From an uncultured delta proteobacterium (lineage in GTDB: Bacteria; Desulfobacterota; RBG-13-43-22), in the NCBI GenBank assembly GCA_963802945.1, contig CAWDKY010000015.1, positions 1 through 64,000 on the forward strand: a DNA stretch of 64,000 bases, in the 5' to 3' direction. The number at the start of each line of letters is the position of its first letter. Position 1 is the first letter of the stretch. Both the position numbers and the translations under genes were made by a program. Below are positions 10,925 to 20,531 of the stretch, in pieces. The notes under the pieces are model-generated. The model was not told the DNA's origin, searched no databases, and saw nothing but the letters and a program-made list of their open reading frames with translations.

Positions 10925-10995
10925 ATCGGGTAAGGGGGAGTGTTCCTCTCCCACTCCCCACACTACCCGGCATGCGGGTCCGCACCGGGCGGTTC
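10925..10995 (-). mobile_element. Group II intron remnant (class C-type domains V and VI only, no RT ORF)
   Basis: Minus strand reads GAACCGCCCGGTGCGGACCCGCATGCCGGGTAGTGT (short IIC-type DV with CGC triad), then GGGAGTGGGAGAGGAACACTCCCCCTTACCCGAT (DVI, ending in ..CCGAT). Confidence 0.8.
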
Positions 10996-11298
10996 CCAGA
11001 CTCTTCGAGCCGCCCCATCTTCTCGTGGGGTGACGTCTTGCGCTTCCCGAAGCCAACATTGACAGAATTTGGCAAAAAATGTAGATTTGAATTAGTATTC
11101 TAAAGTGGGGATAGACGAAGCAACTTCGCTTTTTGTACCCCATTAGGGATATAGACGAACCTCAGGTGCGGATATTTCAGAGTTATATGAAACGGCATGC
11201 CCAACTTTTTCGGGGAAGAGAAGGTATCCTTAACCGGGTAAGACTTTAAAATTATTCAGAGGGCAATTCTTATATAATCAATGAATTGATTATTACCA

Positions 11299-11889
11299 AT
11301 GAAAGAAGACTCTAAAAATCTTTTATCTAAATTTTTCCCCTTCGGTGGAGATGATCTTGAAAAAATATTAAAAAATATCATCGTTAAAGAAATACCCTCC
11401 GGGACTATATTATTATTGGCAGGAGATATAGCCGTAAATTTATTTCTTGTTATTAAAGGGTGCTTGAGGAATTATTTTATCAAAGAAAACGGCCTGGAAA
11501 TAACATTTCAATTTTTTCTTGAAGGCCAGATGGTGGCCTCTTTTGAAAGCGCGATGAAGGGAACTCCCAGCAGGCTGTACATAGATGCCGTTGAGGACTC
11601 CCAAATTGGATTTATCCAGATGAAATACGTTAATCAATTGATCCGTGAATCCGGATCCCTCAGGGATCATTTTAACAAATTTTTAATGTCAAGGCTTATC
11701 TCTTATATGAACCAGCATGCCTCATATATTCTTGATAACCCGGAAAAAAGATACCTAAAACTTTTACAGGAGAACCCGGAATTAGTATCCAGATTGCCCA
11801 AGCAATATATTGCATCCTATCTGGGGATCACACCTGTTTCATTGTCCCGCATCAGAACCAGAGTAAAAAAACAAATTAACAATTGTTAA
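11299..11889 (+). CDS. Crp/Fnr family transcriptional regulator
   Basis: cNMP-binding-like region (GCLRNYF...ITFQFFLEG) and C-terminal HTH IASYLGITPVSLSRIR. Confidence 0.88.
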   Translation: MKEDSKNLLSKFFPFGGDDLEKILKNIIVKEIPSGTILLLAGDIAVNLFLVIKGCLRNYFIKENGLEITFQFFLEGQMVASFESAMKGTPSRLYIDAVEDSQIGFIQMKYVNQLIRESGSLRDHFNKFLMSRLISYMNQHASYILDNPEKRYLKLLQENPELVSRLPKQYIASYLGITPVSLSRIRTRVKKQINNC

Positions 11890-12082
11890 TGACAGCCTTA
11901 TTCCTTCCATATTATATTTCATCCATAACAGTTTCGTAATCCCTAATTCAACCTCGAAGTGCAACACTTGTGGCTGCAACTTCCAGAGGGGTCTTAAACC
12001 CCAGGGACTTCCTGGGGCGAATGTTTATCATATATTCAATCTGATTAATGTGTTCTTACCGATGAAAGGAGAAATCGCTTCT

Positions 12083-12784
12083 ATGGAACAAAAAGAATTT
12101 GCTGGAGGTTCTTACCAATGGTGGCCGCCTCGGGATGACCATGTATTTCTATTCAAGCTTAATCCGGTGCGATTTGAATTCTTCGACCGTTTTATCCCAG
12201 CCTGGGATGGCGTAAGTGTACTCGACGTCGGCTGCGGAGGGGGTTATGCCTCCGAGTACCTGGCGCGTCGCGGGGCTGTCGTCCACGGCACGGATCTCCT
12301 TAAGGAGTCATTGGCGGAAGCCCGTCGGCACGCCACCGAAAACGGACTGGAGATCGACTACCGGCTCTGCACGATCGAGCGGTTGCCTTTCGATAACGAT
12401 TCGGCGGATGTCGTCACCTGTTTCGACGTGCTGGAACACGTGCCCGACAAGCCACGCCTTCTTTCCGAAATTCACCGCGTCCTCAAACCCGGAGGATGGC
12501 TCTTTCTCGACACCTTCACGAAATCGTTTTGGTCCAGACTGGTCATCATCTGGCTCGGCGAAATCGTCGTCCGGTTCATAAAACGCGGAACCCATGATTG
12601 GTACCTTTTTATTAATCCAGCCGATCTCCAGCGGCTGTTGGCGACGTCCGGTTTCGGCCAAAGCGAATTCGCCGGTATCCATCCCGCGCATCGCCGTTTG
12701 CCGGGCGACCTTCCCGCCAGAATTTTCCCCGAAGGAAATAAGGCGGTCCTATATTTCGCCGCGGTTCAAAAACCGATCAAATGA
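12083..12784 (+). CDS. Class I SAM-dependent O-methyltransferase, UbiG-like
   Basis: LNPVRFEF, VLDVGCGGG, DVLEHVPD, LKPGG, GTHDW..FINP. AAAGGAG RBS before ATG 12083. Confidence 0.8.
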   Translation: MEQKEFAGGSYQWWPPRDDHVFLFKLNPVRFEFFDRFIPAWDGVSVLDVGCGGGYASEYLARRGAVVHGTDLLKESLAEARRHATENGLEIDYRLCTIERLPFDNDSADVVTCFDVLEHVPDKPRLLSEIHRVLKPGGWLFLDTFTKSFWSRLVIIWLGEIVVRFIKRGTHDWYLFINPADLQRLLATSGFGQSEFAGIHPAHRRLPGDLPARIFPEGNKAVLYFAAVQKPIK

Positions 12785-12796
12785 CTTTGAGGTTAA

Positions 12797-13087
12797 ATGA
12801 AATCAAGATTCTTTAACCGCGAACATACAAGGACACCGTACGTGCAACTCAACACCCGAATATGCAAAGCCTGTTGGGAATGTCTTAAAAATTGTCCAAA
12901 ACAGGTTATAGGAAAAATAGATTTGCCCTGGCACAAGCATGCCCGTATTATGGAGCCTGAGCAATGCACCGGTTGCTTGAAGTGCATTAAGATATGTTCC
13001 TACCAAGCAATTGAGGTGGTCCCCAAATACCGGACAAGCAAGGAGGAGGCTATGGCCAAAAAGGGAGCCATGACACTACAAGTTTAA
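12797..13087 (+). CDS. 4Fe-4S ferredoxin
   Basis: Two CxxCxxCxxxC motifs (CKACWECLKNCP, CTGCLKCIKICS). Confidence 0.85.
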   Translation: MKSRFFNREHTRTPYVQLNTRICKACWECLKNCPKQVIGKIDLPWHKHARIMEPEQCTGCLKCIKICSYQAIEVVPKYRTSKEEAMAKKGAMTLQV

Positions 13088-13350
13088 GGCTTGGGTAGAC
13101 CAACCATTTCTCTCATATTTTCACCCGTAATTGTTAATTTTTGGAACAATCTTTTTAGAATAGTTTTAGGTGTAACATTTGAATTCGATGCAGTGGGGAA
13201 AATTTTCAAGAAAACATTGAGTAATCTCTGTAGTCCACAAACTCCCAATTTTTAAAAAAGACAAGGGTTCAATCGATAATCATTATCAAGGCGGCAGGAG
13301 ATTTAAACCATAGGCAAACCGAATGGCATTCCTATGCTTGTCATACGGCC

Positions 13351-14798
13351 TTATGGATTGATCATTTCGTAATAGGTTGTCAAGGCCTTGATAGCCGCAA
13401 CAGCCCTCTCCGGGCTGGGGAAAATGGGGAAGCCGTTGGCGGTTAATATTTGTTGCAGGGGATCGGCCGGAAACCCATAGGTGTATCCGACTATAGGTTT
13501 GCTGCAGGCATGGCGTAACCGCATAACACCTTCGACCTGGGTTTCAATCATCTGTCATGTTTTGTTCTTTGGCTTGTTCCTCCGACAAGCCCATGGCTTT
13601 CATTAGCAGCTCCATCCTGCGCCCCTGAGCTATAAAATACATGAGCAGCATGTCGGCGTTTTCATCCTCCAAAAGCATCTGAGGAATGGCCGAGAAAAGG
13701 TCCGAGTTGTTTCGGGAAAAGGTCATGTCCACGGGATTGTTGATGCTGGCCGTAGGAGGGAAAAAAGGCCTTAGTTTCTCCTTGGTCGCCTCTGAAAGGT
13801 TCGCCAGCTTCAAACCGGCTCGTCCTGCGGCGTCGGCTGCATTGGCTCCAGGCCCGCCCGAATTGGTTTGGATGACCAGACCGCGTCCTTTGGGCGCCGG
13901 CAGGCTTCCCAAGGCCCAGCAGAAATCAAAAAGCTCCGTAAGGGAACTCGCCCTGAGCACCCCGCTTTGCCTGAATAAGCCGCTGTAAAGATCATCCGGC
14001 CCGGACAGGGCGCCGGTATGCGAAAACCCAGCTCTACTCCCCGTTTCCGTGCCGCCGACATAAAGGGCGACAGATGGGTTTTTGGAGGACAATCGATCTG
14101 GCCGTTTCGATGAAGGCCCTGCTTCTCCGAATGCCTTCGATATAAAGGGCGATTACCTTGGTCTTTTCACAAGCACCGAAATAGTTCAGGCAATCGACGA
14201 GGTCGATGTTGGCCTCGTTGCCGACGCTGAAGGCCGAGCTGAATCCCAGCCCCATAGTGTGCAGGTAATCAAACATCTGGGTGACGAAACTGCCGCTTTG
14301 AGAGGCCAGGCCGATAAATCCCGGCTGGCCGTCATAAGTAAAGGGGGTCGGGTTGAGCTTGTGATGCGGGTTGACTACGCCTATGCAGTTCGGCCCGACG
14401 AACCGGATGCCATAATGATCGGCGATTCTTTTCAGTTCGTCTTCCATTTTGGCGCCTTCCCGACCGACTTCCTTAAAACCGCCGGAAATGACCACTGCTC
14501 TCTTGATGCCTTTCCGGCCGCATTCATCCATGGCCTGGCAGACAATGCGGGTGGGCAGAACGATGATGGCCAGATCCGGGACTTCGGGCAGGTCCATCAC
14601 GCTTTGATAAGCCTGGTATCCCAGTACCTCGGTTTCTTTGGGATGGATGGGGTAAACAGGACCTTCATAACCCAGGTCCTTCATCGACATGAACTGGATG
14701 GTTCCCATGGTCGTGTAATTGTTCGACGCCCCGAAAAAAGCGATGCTTTTCGGGTTGGCGATAGGGAATAGGGGGCTTTCCTTTATAGAGTTGATCAA
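13351..14798 (-). CDS. Acyl-CoA synthetase (NDP-forming) alpha-type subunit, split by two frameshifts (near 14085 and 13550)
   Basis: CoA-binding domain (PKSIAFFGAS, GPNCIG, SQSG, SVGNEA), SHTGALSG, TNSGGPG, NNPVD and FPSPERAV across three consecutive ORFs. Confidence 0.82.
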
Positions 14799-15146
14799 TT
14801 TGCTATCCTCCGGAACATGATATCTTGCAATCTAAAAATAACCTTTCTGGGAGACTTCGTCAAAGAGAAATTGCAGAATCCCTTTGGATAAAACGGAAGC
14901 TTATAAACTTTGGTCAATCGAATGTGACTGAAAAAAATTGACTTTTTGGCAATCAAGAAGGAAAATATCTCACTAGATGTTGGATTGTGCATAAGATGTT
15001 GACCGAAAAGGGCGTATTTGTCCGAATTGTAATTTTACACAGTTAGGAAATTAACTAATTTTTAATATTATTTCCTAAATCAATCCATCTTCGGGTACAT
15101 ATCAGGAAAACCACTTAATTACATTGTTAGACCAAATCAAAAAGAG

Positions 15147-15926
15147 GTGGGGATGAATGAGTTACGACATATTGTAGAAATTGAAGGTTTTGACCGGGTT
15201 TTATACAAAGAAGCCGCGCAATGGGATAAGTGCTCACTCTCGATGAATGACACCCTAACAGCACACGTGGAGATATGGGAAAACGATATAGATACCCCTG
15301 AAAAGTTGCAGACCGCCACCATTGAAATAAAAGAAAAACTTCGCCGCCTCGTTTTGTCTATTGAGTGGGCATATGGGCGAGAACTTAAATTAAAAACCAT
15401 TGAAGTTCATGCGCCATCATTTATTAACGACAAAAATCAACCCGACATTTCCGAGTCATTAAAACTTGGTGTTCAAATTGATTTGCAGGGTGTACCAAGA
15501 AAAGTACCAATGGTTATGCCTGAGGTTCCGATAGAAGCAGAGCGATGGATAGGTATATGGGTTGAAGCTATGAAGCTAAGGGACTATGTAGAAGAGCAAC
15601 TCCGTAGACAATACCTAATAATAGAAGAGCTTTGGAGCGAGCTTCAAAGCAGTTTTGGTGCCACAACGCATGCCAATAAAAAAAGAATCAAATTGATCAG
15701 AGACTTTGTTTCCCACGCAAGTTGTAATAATGCAGATATTATTGCGTTGGTAGAACCTGATCTGCCATCGGCAGTTGTAATTGATAACGGCACAAAAACG
15801 GTGGCCTTCCAAAGGACCGTGGAACACAGAAATTATGTATCCCGGTTTGAAGTTGTATCAAGACAGTTGGCGCGGTCTCTTGTGGACATGAAAATGCGTC
15901 AATTTGGTAACGTATCTGGCGTCTAA
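15147..15926 (+). CDS. Integron-cassette protein with HEPN-like RxxxxH motif
   Basis: YLIIEEL...IRDFVSH. Preceded by GTTAGAC (15126-15132); the stop codon lies inside GTCTAAC of the following attC. Confidence 0.6.
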   Translation: MGMNELRHIVEIEGFDRVLYKEAAQWDKCSLSMNDTLTAHVEIWENDIDTPEKLQTATIEIKEKLRRLVLSIEWAYGRELKLKTIEVHAPSFINDKNQPDISESLKLGVQIDLQGVPRKVPMVMPEVPIEAERWIGIWVEAMKLRDYVEEQLRRQYLIIEELWSELQSSFGATTHANKKRIKLIRDFVSHASCNNADIIALVEPDLPSAVVIDNGTKTVAFQRTVEHRNYVSRFEVVSRQLARSLVDMKMRQFGNVSGV

Positions 15927-15983
15927 CCAAGCGGTGCACCGGATTGCCGATAAACCCGGCTCCCGGTGACCTTAGCATTAGAC
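15921..15983 (+). mobile_element. attC recombination site (integron cassette)
   Basis: R'' GTCTAAC (15921-15927); inner arms CACCGG..GCCG / CGGC..CCGGTG; R' ATTAGAC (15977-15983, A in place of the canonical G); 63 bp. Confidence 0.72.
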
Positions 15984-16006
15984 GACATCGTCCCAGACTG
16001 ATCGAC

Positions 16007-16843
16007 ATGGCACAGACCGAAAGACCTTCAGCAGAGCACGGGCACCCAGACGTCTTTCGGCACTTGGATGCTATCGTACTCCAGGTGCACGAGTGGCTAC
16101 ATGGTAATCCTATTCCGACTGCCAGCACAGCACTCGACAACCTCAAAGTGGCCTTCATCGTGCGCGCTCTGAACCAGTACCGCGCAATAGTCCTTCTGTT
16201 GAAGAGTAATCACTGGGAAGACGGGCTGATCCTCACTCGAGCGCTGTTTGAACTACTCCTGAACGTCGAGGAATTGGTTCACCGGGCAAAGGACAAAGAG
16301 GACGCAGCTCGACGTTTCTTCCTATTCTCCTATTTACAGGAGCTGCTGGAGAAACTCGAGCTCCGCCGCTACAATGTCTACTCAGGTCGGCTACCCGCCG
16401 AGTACGCGAAGGAACTCGATGCCATCGAAAAGTCGGCTCGGAGGTTCTTCGCCCCATTCGCGTTCACTGACAAGAAGGGTCGACCTCGTTGGCGTACACA
16501 CTGGGCAAACCGAACAGTGGCCGAACTCTGCCAACTCAGCCCAAACAAGATGCAGCCACACCACTATCGCTTACTCTATGCGAAGGGCTCAGCGTTCACT
16601 CACAGCGCTCCCACTGCCGTGCTGGCAGCTCATCATCCTCCTCCCAAGTCGATGGAAGAGTTCATGTGTGACGTGGATGACGCGGAGGAGAGGAACTTGC
16701 GCATGGTCGCGTCGTTCGCGACGCTTTTCTTCGGTGAAATCCTCGTCCTGATTGGCGAACGACTACCGAGATTCCGTCCAGCATGGGTTGCTGAAGTCAT
16801 TGTACCCGCAACGCAAGCGATCATCGCCGAACCCGCTGGTTAA
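16007..16843 (+). CDS. DUF5677-like cassette protein
   Basis: AIVLLLK...GLILTRALFE...YRLLYAKGSAFTHS pattern. Starts just after attC and is visibly more GC-rich than its neighbours. Confidence 0.6.
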   Translation: MAQTERPSAEHGHPDVFRHLDAIVLQVHEWLHGNPIPTASTALDNLKVAFIVRALNQYRAIVLLLKSNHWEDGLILTRALFELLLNVEELVHRAKDKEDAARRFFLFSYLQELLEKLELRRYNVYSGRLPAEYAKELDAIEKSARRFFAPFAFTDKKGRPRWRTHWANRTVAELCQLSPNKMQPHHYRLLYAKGSAFTHSAPTAVLAAHHPPPKSMEEFMCDVDDAEERNLRMVASFATLFFGEILVLIGERLPRFRPAWVAEVIVPATQAIIAEPAG

Positions 16844-16918
16844 CATTGACGTTGCCGTCTATTAATCAAAGGAGTCAAACCTTTTATAGTTGGGAACAGC
16901 TACCAATAAATGTGCTAT

Positions 16919-17102
16919 GAGACGCCTTTAAGATTCTGAGTTTATAAACTAGATTAAAAATATTAAAAGATGTTCTATGCCTGGGTTATTTTAGCAACAA
17001 TGTAACCGGTGTTGGTTACTATGTTGAAAGGGGCGAATTAATTGCCCAGGAGAATAATTGCCGGATAATAGGAGGGGATACTTAGAAATTTAGAGGCATC
17101 TC
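16919..17102. repeat. ~180-bp element with imperfect terminal inverted repeats (copy 1)
   Basis: GAGACGCCTTTAAGATTCTGAGT ... ACTTAGAAATTTAGAGGCATCTC; the internal sequence is shared with 18477-18657 and 20981-21052. Confidence 0.65.
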
Positions 17103-17203
17103 GATTTGGACTATTGATCCTATATCCATTTTTTTATTCTCCAAAACCAAAGGCAAATTAAAATTAACTTGTATTCTTAATGAGTTAAGAAAGAAGGGGG
17201 GCT

Positions 17204-18427
17204 ATGTCAGGCTATATTTTCTTATGCAACATGGAAACTGAGGAAGAATGCCTCCAGCGATTGCTTTTAGGCACCAACAATCGAAAAATATACAATCAGT
17301 CTTTCCAAGGTATCCAGATTGGTGATTGGCTTTTCCTTTATAATTACGACAAAGGTACTTTGATGGGGCTCTATAGGGCACTGACTGCTTGCGAACAGAA
17401 CCTTGAACCACATGCTTGGAAGGATTCAAAGGGGAGAGGGTTCCCCTTTCAAGTAAGAATTGGCGCAGAAAATGAATATACTAATCATCTAACCGCTGAT
17501 GAGATTCAACAAATTGTGCCTTTGCAAACTGCCGAAAAGTTTGGTTTGCTTCCTCCATCAAAGGTATCAGATGAGCAGGTTCGGGGACTGGCCAAAGCTC
17601 TCCAGAAGAAAAATAACGACATTACCCCTGACCCTCTTCGGATTCCGAAAGTACAAGTCAGCTCTCATGCTTTCATTTTCCGATGTGACAGGACAACAGG
17701 AGGGAAATGCTTCTCGGATAATGTGATGGGGGCACCTGCCATGCAATTTAAACCTATAGTGAGCCGCATCCAGAGCGGAGACACGATTTTCCTTTGGCTA
17801 ATAGAAGAAAGAAAAATATTCGGCGTATGGCGTGCAAAATCCCGTGGCCAATATGACCCTATTTCATTCGATGGAAGATTTCCTGCTGTGGTTTTCTGTG
17901 AGCGTATCTTTGACATAGAATCCGGGATTCCAGAAAAGGAGGTTCGGGGCATTGTTCCGTTCGATGGTCACTACCCGCCCTACTTAATCAAATACGAACA
18001 AAGCCAAAAACTAATCGATACTCTGATGGCTGCGAATGCACAACCAGGAGAGGTTGAACACGAAACCAAAGAGGGTAAATATTTGTGCGAGGATGGGCAT
18101 TTGGTACGATCATATTCTGAGATCATCATCGACAACTGGCTTTATAATCACCAAATTGTCCATGCCTACGAACATAGAGTCCAGATAGGCTCAAAATTTC
18201 TTCACTGCGACTTCTTTCTTCCTACAAAGAAGGTTTTCATCGAGTTTTGGGGCCTTGTAGGTGATCCTAAATATGATGCTCAACGAAAAAAAAAGAAAGA
18301 GATGTACTCTCAAGCGGGAGTCAACCTTATGGAACTTTTTCCAATCGATATCCCGGTTCTTTCGGATATATTGCCAGCAAAACTAAGTGGGTTTGGGATC
18401 TCGGTTCTGGATGTGTACGGAAAGTAG
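17204..18427 (+). CDS. Tandem DCD (PUA/EVE-like) domains fused to a C-terminal PD-(D/E)xK-type nuclease
   Basis: Two repeats of the pattern (GY/AF)IFxC..T..C...G....IxxGDxxFL....G.(Y/W)RA....FP; C-terminal DGHLVRSYSE..IDNWL...AYE...CDFFL...FIEFWG...Y..RKKK. Confidence 0.7.
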   Translation: MSGYIFLCNMETEEECLQRLLLGTNNRKIYNQSFQGIQIGDWLFLYNYDKGTLMGLYRALTACEQNLEPHAWKDSKGRGFPFQVRIGAENEYTNHLTADEIQQIVPLQTAEKFGLLPPSKVSDEQVRGLAKALQKKNNDITPDPLRIPKVQVSSHAFIFRCDRTTGGKCFSDNVMGAPAMQFKPIVSRIQSGDTIFLWLIEERKIFGVWRAKSRGQYDPISFDGRFPAVVFCERIFDIESGIPEKEVRGIVPFDGHYPPYLIKYEQSQKLIDTLMAANAQPGEVEHETKEGKYLCEDGHLVRSYSEIIIDNWLYNHQIVHAYEHRVQIGSKFLHCDFFLPTKKVFIEFWGLVGDPKYDAQRKKKKEMYSQAGVNLMELFPIDIPVLSDILPAKLSGFGISVLDVYGK

Positions 18428-18476
18428 GTTAATTTTTTTTACAAACGCAATAATTGCAATTAATAAATGTTAATGT

Positions 18477-18657
18477 GGATGGTCGTTTAGATTATAAATT
18501 TATAAAAAAGAAAAAACAATAAAAGACGTTCTATGTTGAGGTAATCTTAGCCTAAACGTAGCCCGTGTTGGTTACTCTGTCGAAAGGGAGAATTAATTGC
18601 CCGGGAGAACAATTACCTGTTAATAAGAGAAGATACTTAGAAACATAAAGGCGTCCT
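18477..18657. repeat. ~180-bp element (copy 2, left end degenerate)
   Basis: AAAAGACGTTCTATG...GTGTTGGTTACTCTGTCGAAAGGGAGAATTAATTGCCCGGGAGAAC...ATACTTAGAAACATAAAGGCGTCC aligns with copy 1. Confidence 0.65.
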
Positions 18658-18675
18658 GCCTTATTTAAAGAGAAT

Positions 18676-18981
18676 ATGGAGACTAAATACCTAAGAATGA
18701 TTCAAGGGATGAAGAGAAGAGGGCGCAAGGAATGGACAGTCTATATCCTCCGCTGTGGGGATGGGTCGCTCTACACGGGGATAGCCAAAGATGTGCGGGC
18801 TCGGATCAAGCAACATAGTGAGGGCCGGGGGGCAACCTACACCCGAATTCGCCTGCCCGTCAAGCTGTTATATCAGCAAGAGGGGTTAACCCATTCCGAA
18901 GCTCTTATTCGAGAAGCCAAGATAAAGGCCATGCCTCGGTCCAAGAAAGAGGAAATCATCTTAAATGAATCTTGTGCCTAA
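18676..18981 (+). CDS. GIY-YIG nuclease family protein (UPF0213-like), copy A
   Basis: WTVYILRCGDGSLYTGIAKDV..R...H..G.GA.YTR...EA..RE..IK. Confidence 0.88.
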   Translation: METKYLRMIQGMKRRGRKEWTVYILRCGDGSLYTGIAKDVRARIKQHSEGRGATYTRIRLPVKLLYQQEGLTHSEALIREAKIKAMPRSKKEEIILNESCA

Positions 18982-19028
18982 CCCTTCACTCCAGCGTACG
19001 CGAGAAGAGACGAGCCGTTAAATTAGAC
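18976..19028 (+). mobile_element. Degenerate attC-like site after GIY-YIG copy A
   Basis: GCCTAAC overlaps the stop codon, then CCTTCACTCCAGCGTACGCG...CGAGCCGTTAA, then ATTAGAC. The arms pair poorly. Confidence 0.4.
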
Positions 19029-19282
19029 ATCATATTCACCTTAAATCCATCATCATGACCTCAAGTCCTGTCCGGAAAGAAGACTTGTAAGAGGGCACCC
19101 TGGTTTAAAACAAATTTTATCTTTTATCCCCTTAATATTTGAAAATGGGCTTTTTGTTTTGGTCGACATTTTCGGGAAATGAAGGGGGATTATTTTTTAC
19201 CCTTGATCTTTCCGGGGAATTCTTTTATGTTTTTTCACACTCAAGTAAATAGTATCAAAAAAATGTTTAAGGAGATCATGTA

Positions 19283-20242
19283 ATGGATCTATCGACAAAT
19301 CTCCGCACCATGCTCGTAGCCTGTGAAGCCGTTAAACCGGGAGAAAAAGTCTTAATTGTTGCCGACAATGAACCTCCTACGGCTCGGTTGGGACAAAAAC
19401 TGCTGGATGTCATCCTTTCGATGGGAAATGACGCCACGCTGGCCATTATCCCTTCGAGGGAAATAGACGGCGCCGAACCGCCGGCAGCGGTGGCTGCAGC
19501 CATGAAAGCCGTCAATGTCATATTTTCTGTGGCCTTAAAAGCCACCATAGCGCATACCACAGCCCGTAAAGAATCCACAGCCCTCGGCGTGCGTTTTCAT
19601 TTAATCACCGGTACGGAGAAGGATCTGGAAAAAGAGAGGTCCGCTGAAGATTTTCGACAGGTTAAGGAGCGGACGATAAAACTGTCTAAGGCCTTGAGAG
19701 CGGCCAAGAAGGCCAGAGTCACCACCAAGGCAGGCACCGACGTTACCTTTGAAATAAGTGGCCGAGCGACCCTGGCTGTTTATCCCGGGAATCCCTTTAA
19801 CGGCCCCATACCTTACTATGCTGAATCGGCGGTCACTCCCATTGAAGGCACTGCGGAAGGGACGATCGTCGTCGATCTGGCCTTTCGGAATTGGAATTAC
19901 CTTCTGGAAGAACCGGTAAAGATCACGGTAAAAGGCGGTAAATTAGTGGACATCTCCGGGGCCAAGAAAGACGTGGACAGACTATGGCAACTGGCCAAGA
20001 CGGATGAGAATGCTACCAACATAGCTGAACTGGGCATCGGTACCAGTCACATCTTGCCGAGACCGCTGAGCGGAAGTTCTCTTGACTTTGCCCGTTACGG
20101 GACGGCTCACATCGCCATCGGAAGAAACAACGACATCGGCGGCCAAACCATGAGCCGTATTCACCAGGATGTTTTGATGAACGAGCCAACTATCGAATTA
20201 GATAACCAATGCGTGCTCAGGGATGGAGTGGTGGTCATATAA
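19283..20242 (+). CDS. M29 / aminopeptidase T-like metallohydrolase
   Basis: VKPGEKVLIVAD, EPPAAVAAAM, TTKAGTDV, AEGTIVVD, NIAELGIG, GTAHIAIG.N..IGG...IHQD. Confidence 0.75.
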   Translation: MDLSTNLRTMLVACEAVKPGEKVLIVADNEPPTARLGQKLLDVILSMGNDATLAIIPSREIDGAEPPAAVAAAMKAVNVIFSVALKATIAHTTARKESTALGVRFHLITGTEKDLEKERSAEDFRQVKERTIKLSKALRAAKKARVTTKAGTDVTFEISGRATLAVYPGNPFNGPIPYYAESAVTPIEGTAEGTIVVDLAFRNWNYLLEEPVKITVKGGKLVDISGAKKDVDRLWQLAKTDENATNIAELGIGTSHILPRPLSGSSLDFARYGTAHIAIGRNNDIGGQTMSRIHQDVLMNEPTIELDNQCVLRDGVVVI

Positions 20243-20276
20243 GCCTTGACAGGTTTGGCCGGCACCAAGGCGATAA

Positions 20277-20531
20277 ATGATGCCGGTATTTAACTGGACC
20301 GGATACCCAAAAGGATTGAAAGGAGAATCCATTCACCTCGACGTCCGTATCCTGGCTATGGCCGATGCCTTCAATGCCATGAGTTCTGAACGTCCCTATC
20401 ATCCTTCCCTGAAGAAGGCGATGATCATTGAAAAAATTCGGCAGCAAGTCAGTCTCCAGTTCGATCCCCAGGTAGTGAAAATATTTTTAGCCCTTTTAGC
20501 CCAAAAAGAAGGAAAAGAAAAATTCGAGTAA
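20277..20531 (+). pseudogene. C-terminal fragment of an HD-GYP domain
   Basis: GYPKGLKGESIHLDVRILAMADAFNAMSSERPY...QFDP. The HD half of the domain is absent. Confidence 0.65.

Noticed and set aside
11950-12020. Two hairpins upstream of the UbiG-like methyltransferase as a riboswitch
   Set aside because: No recognisable aptamer consensus or terminator U-tract, so support is insufficient.
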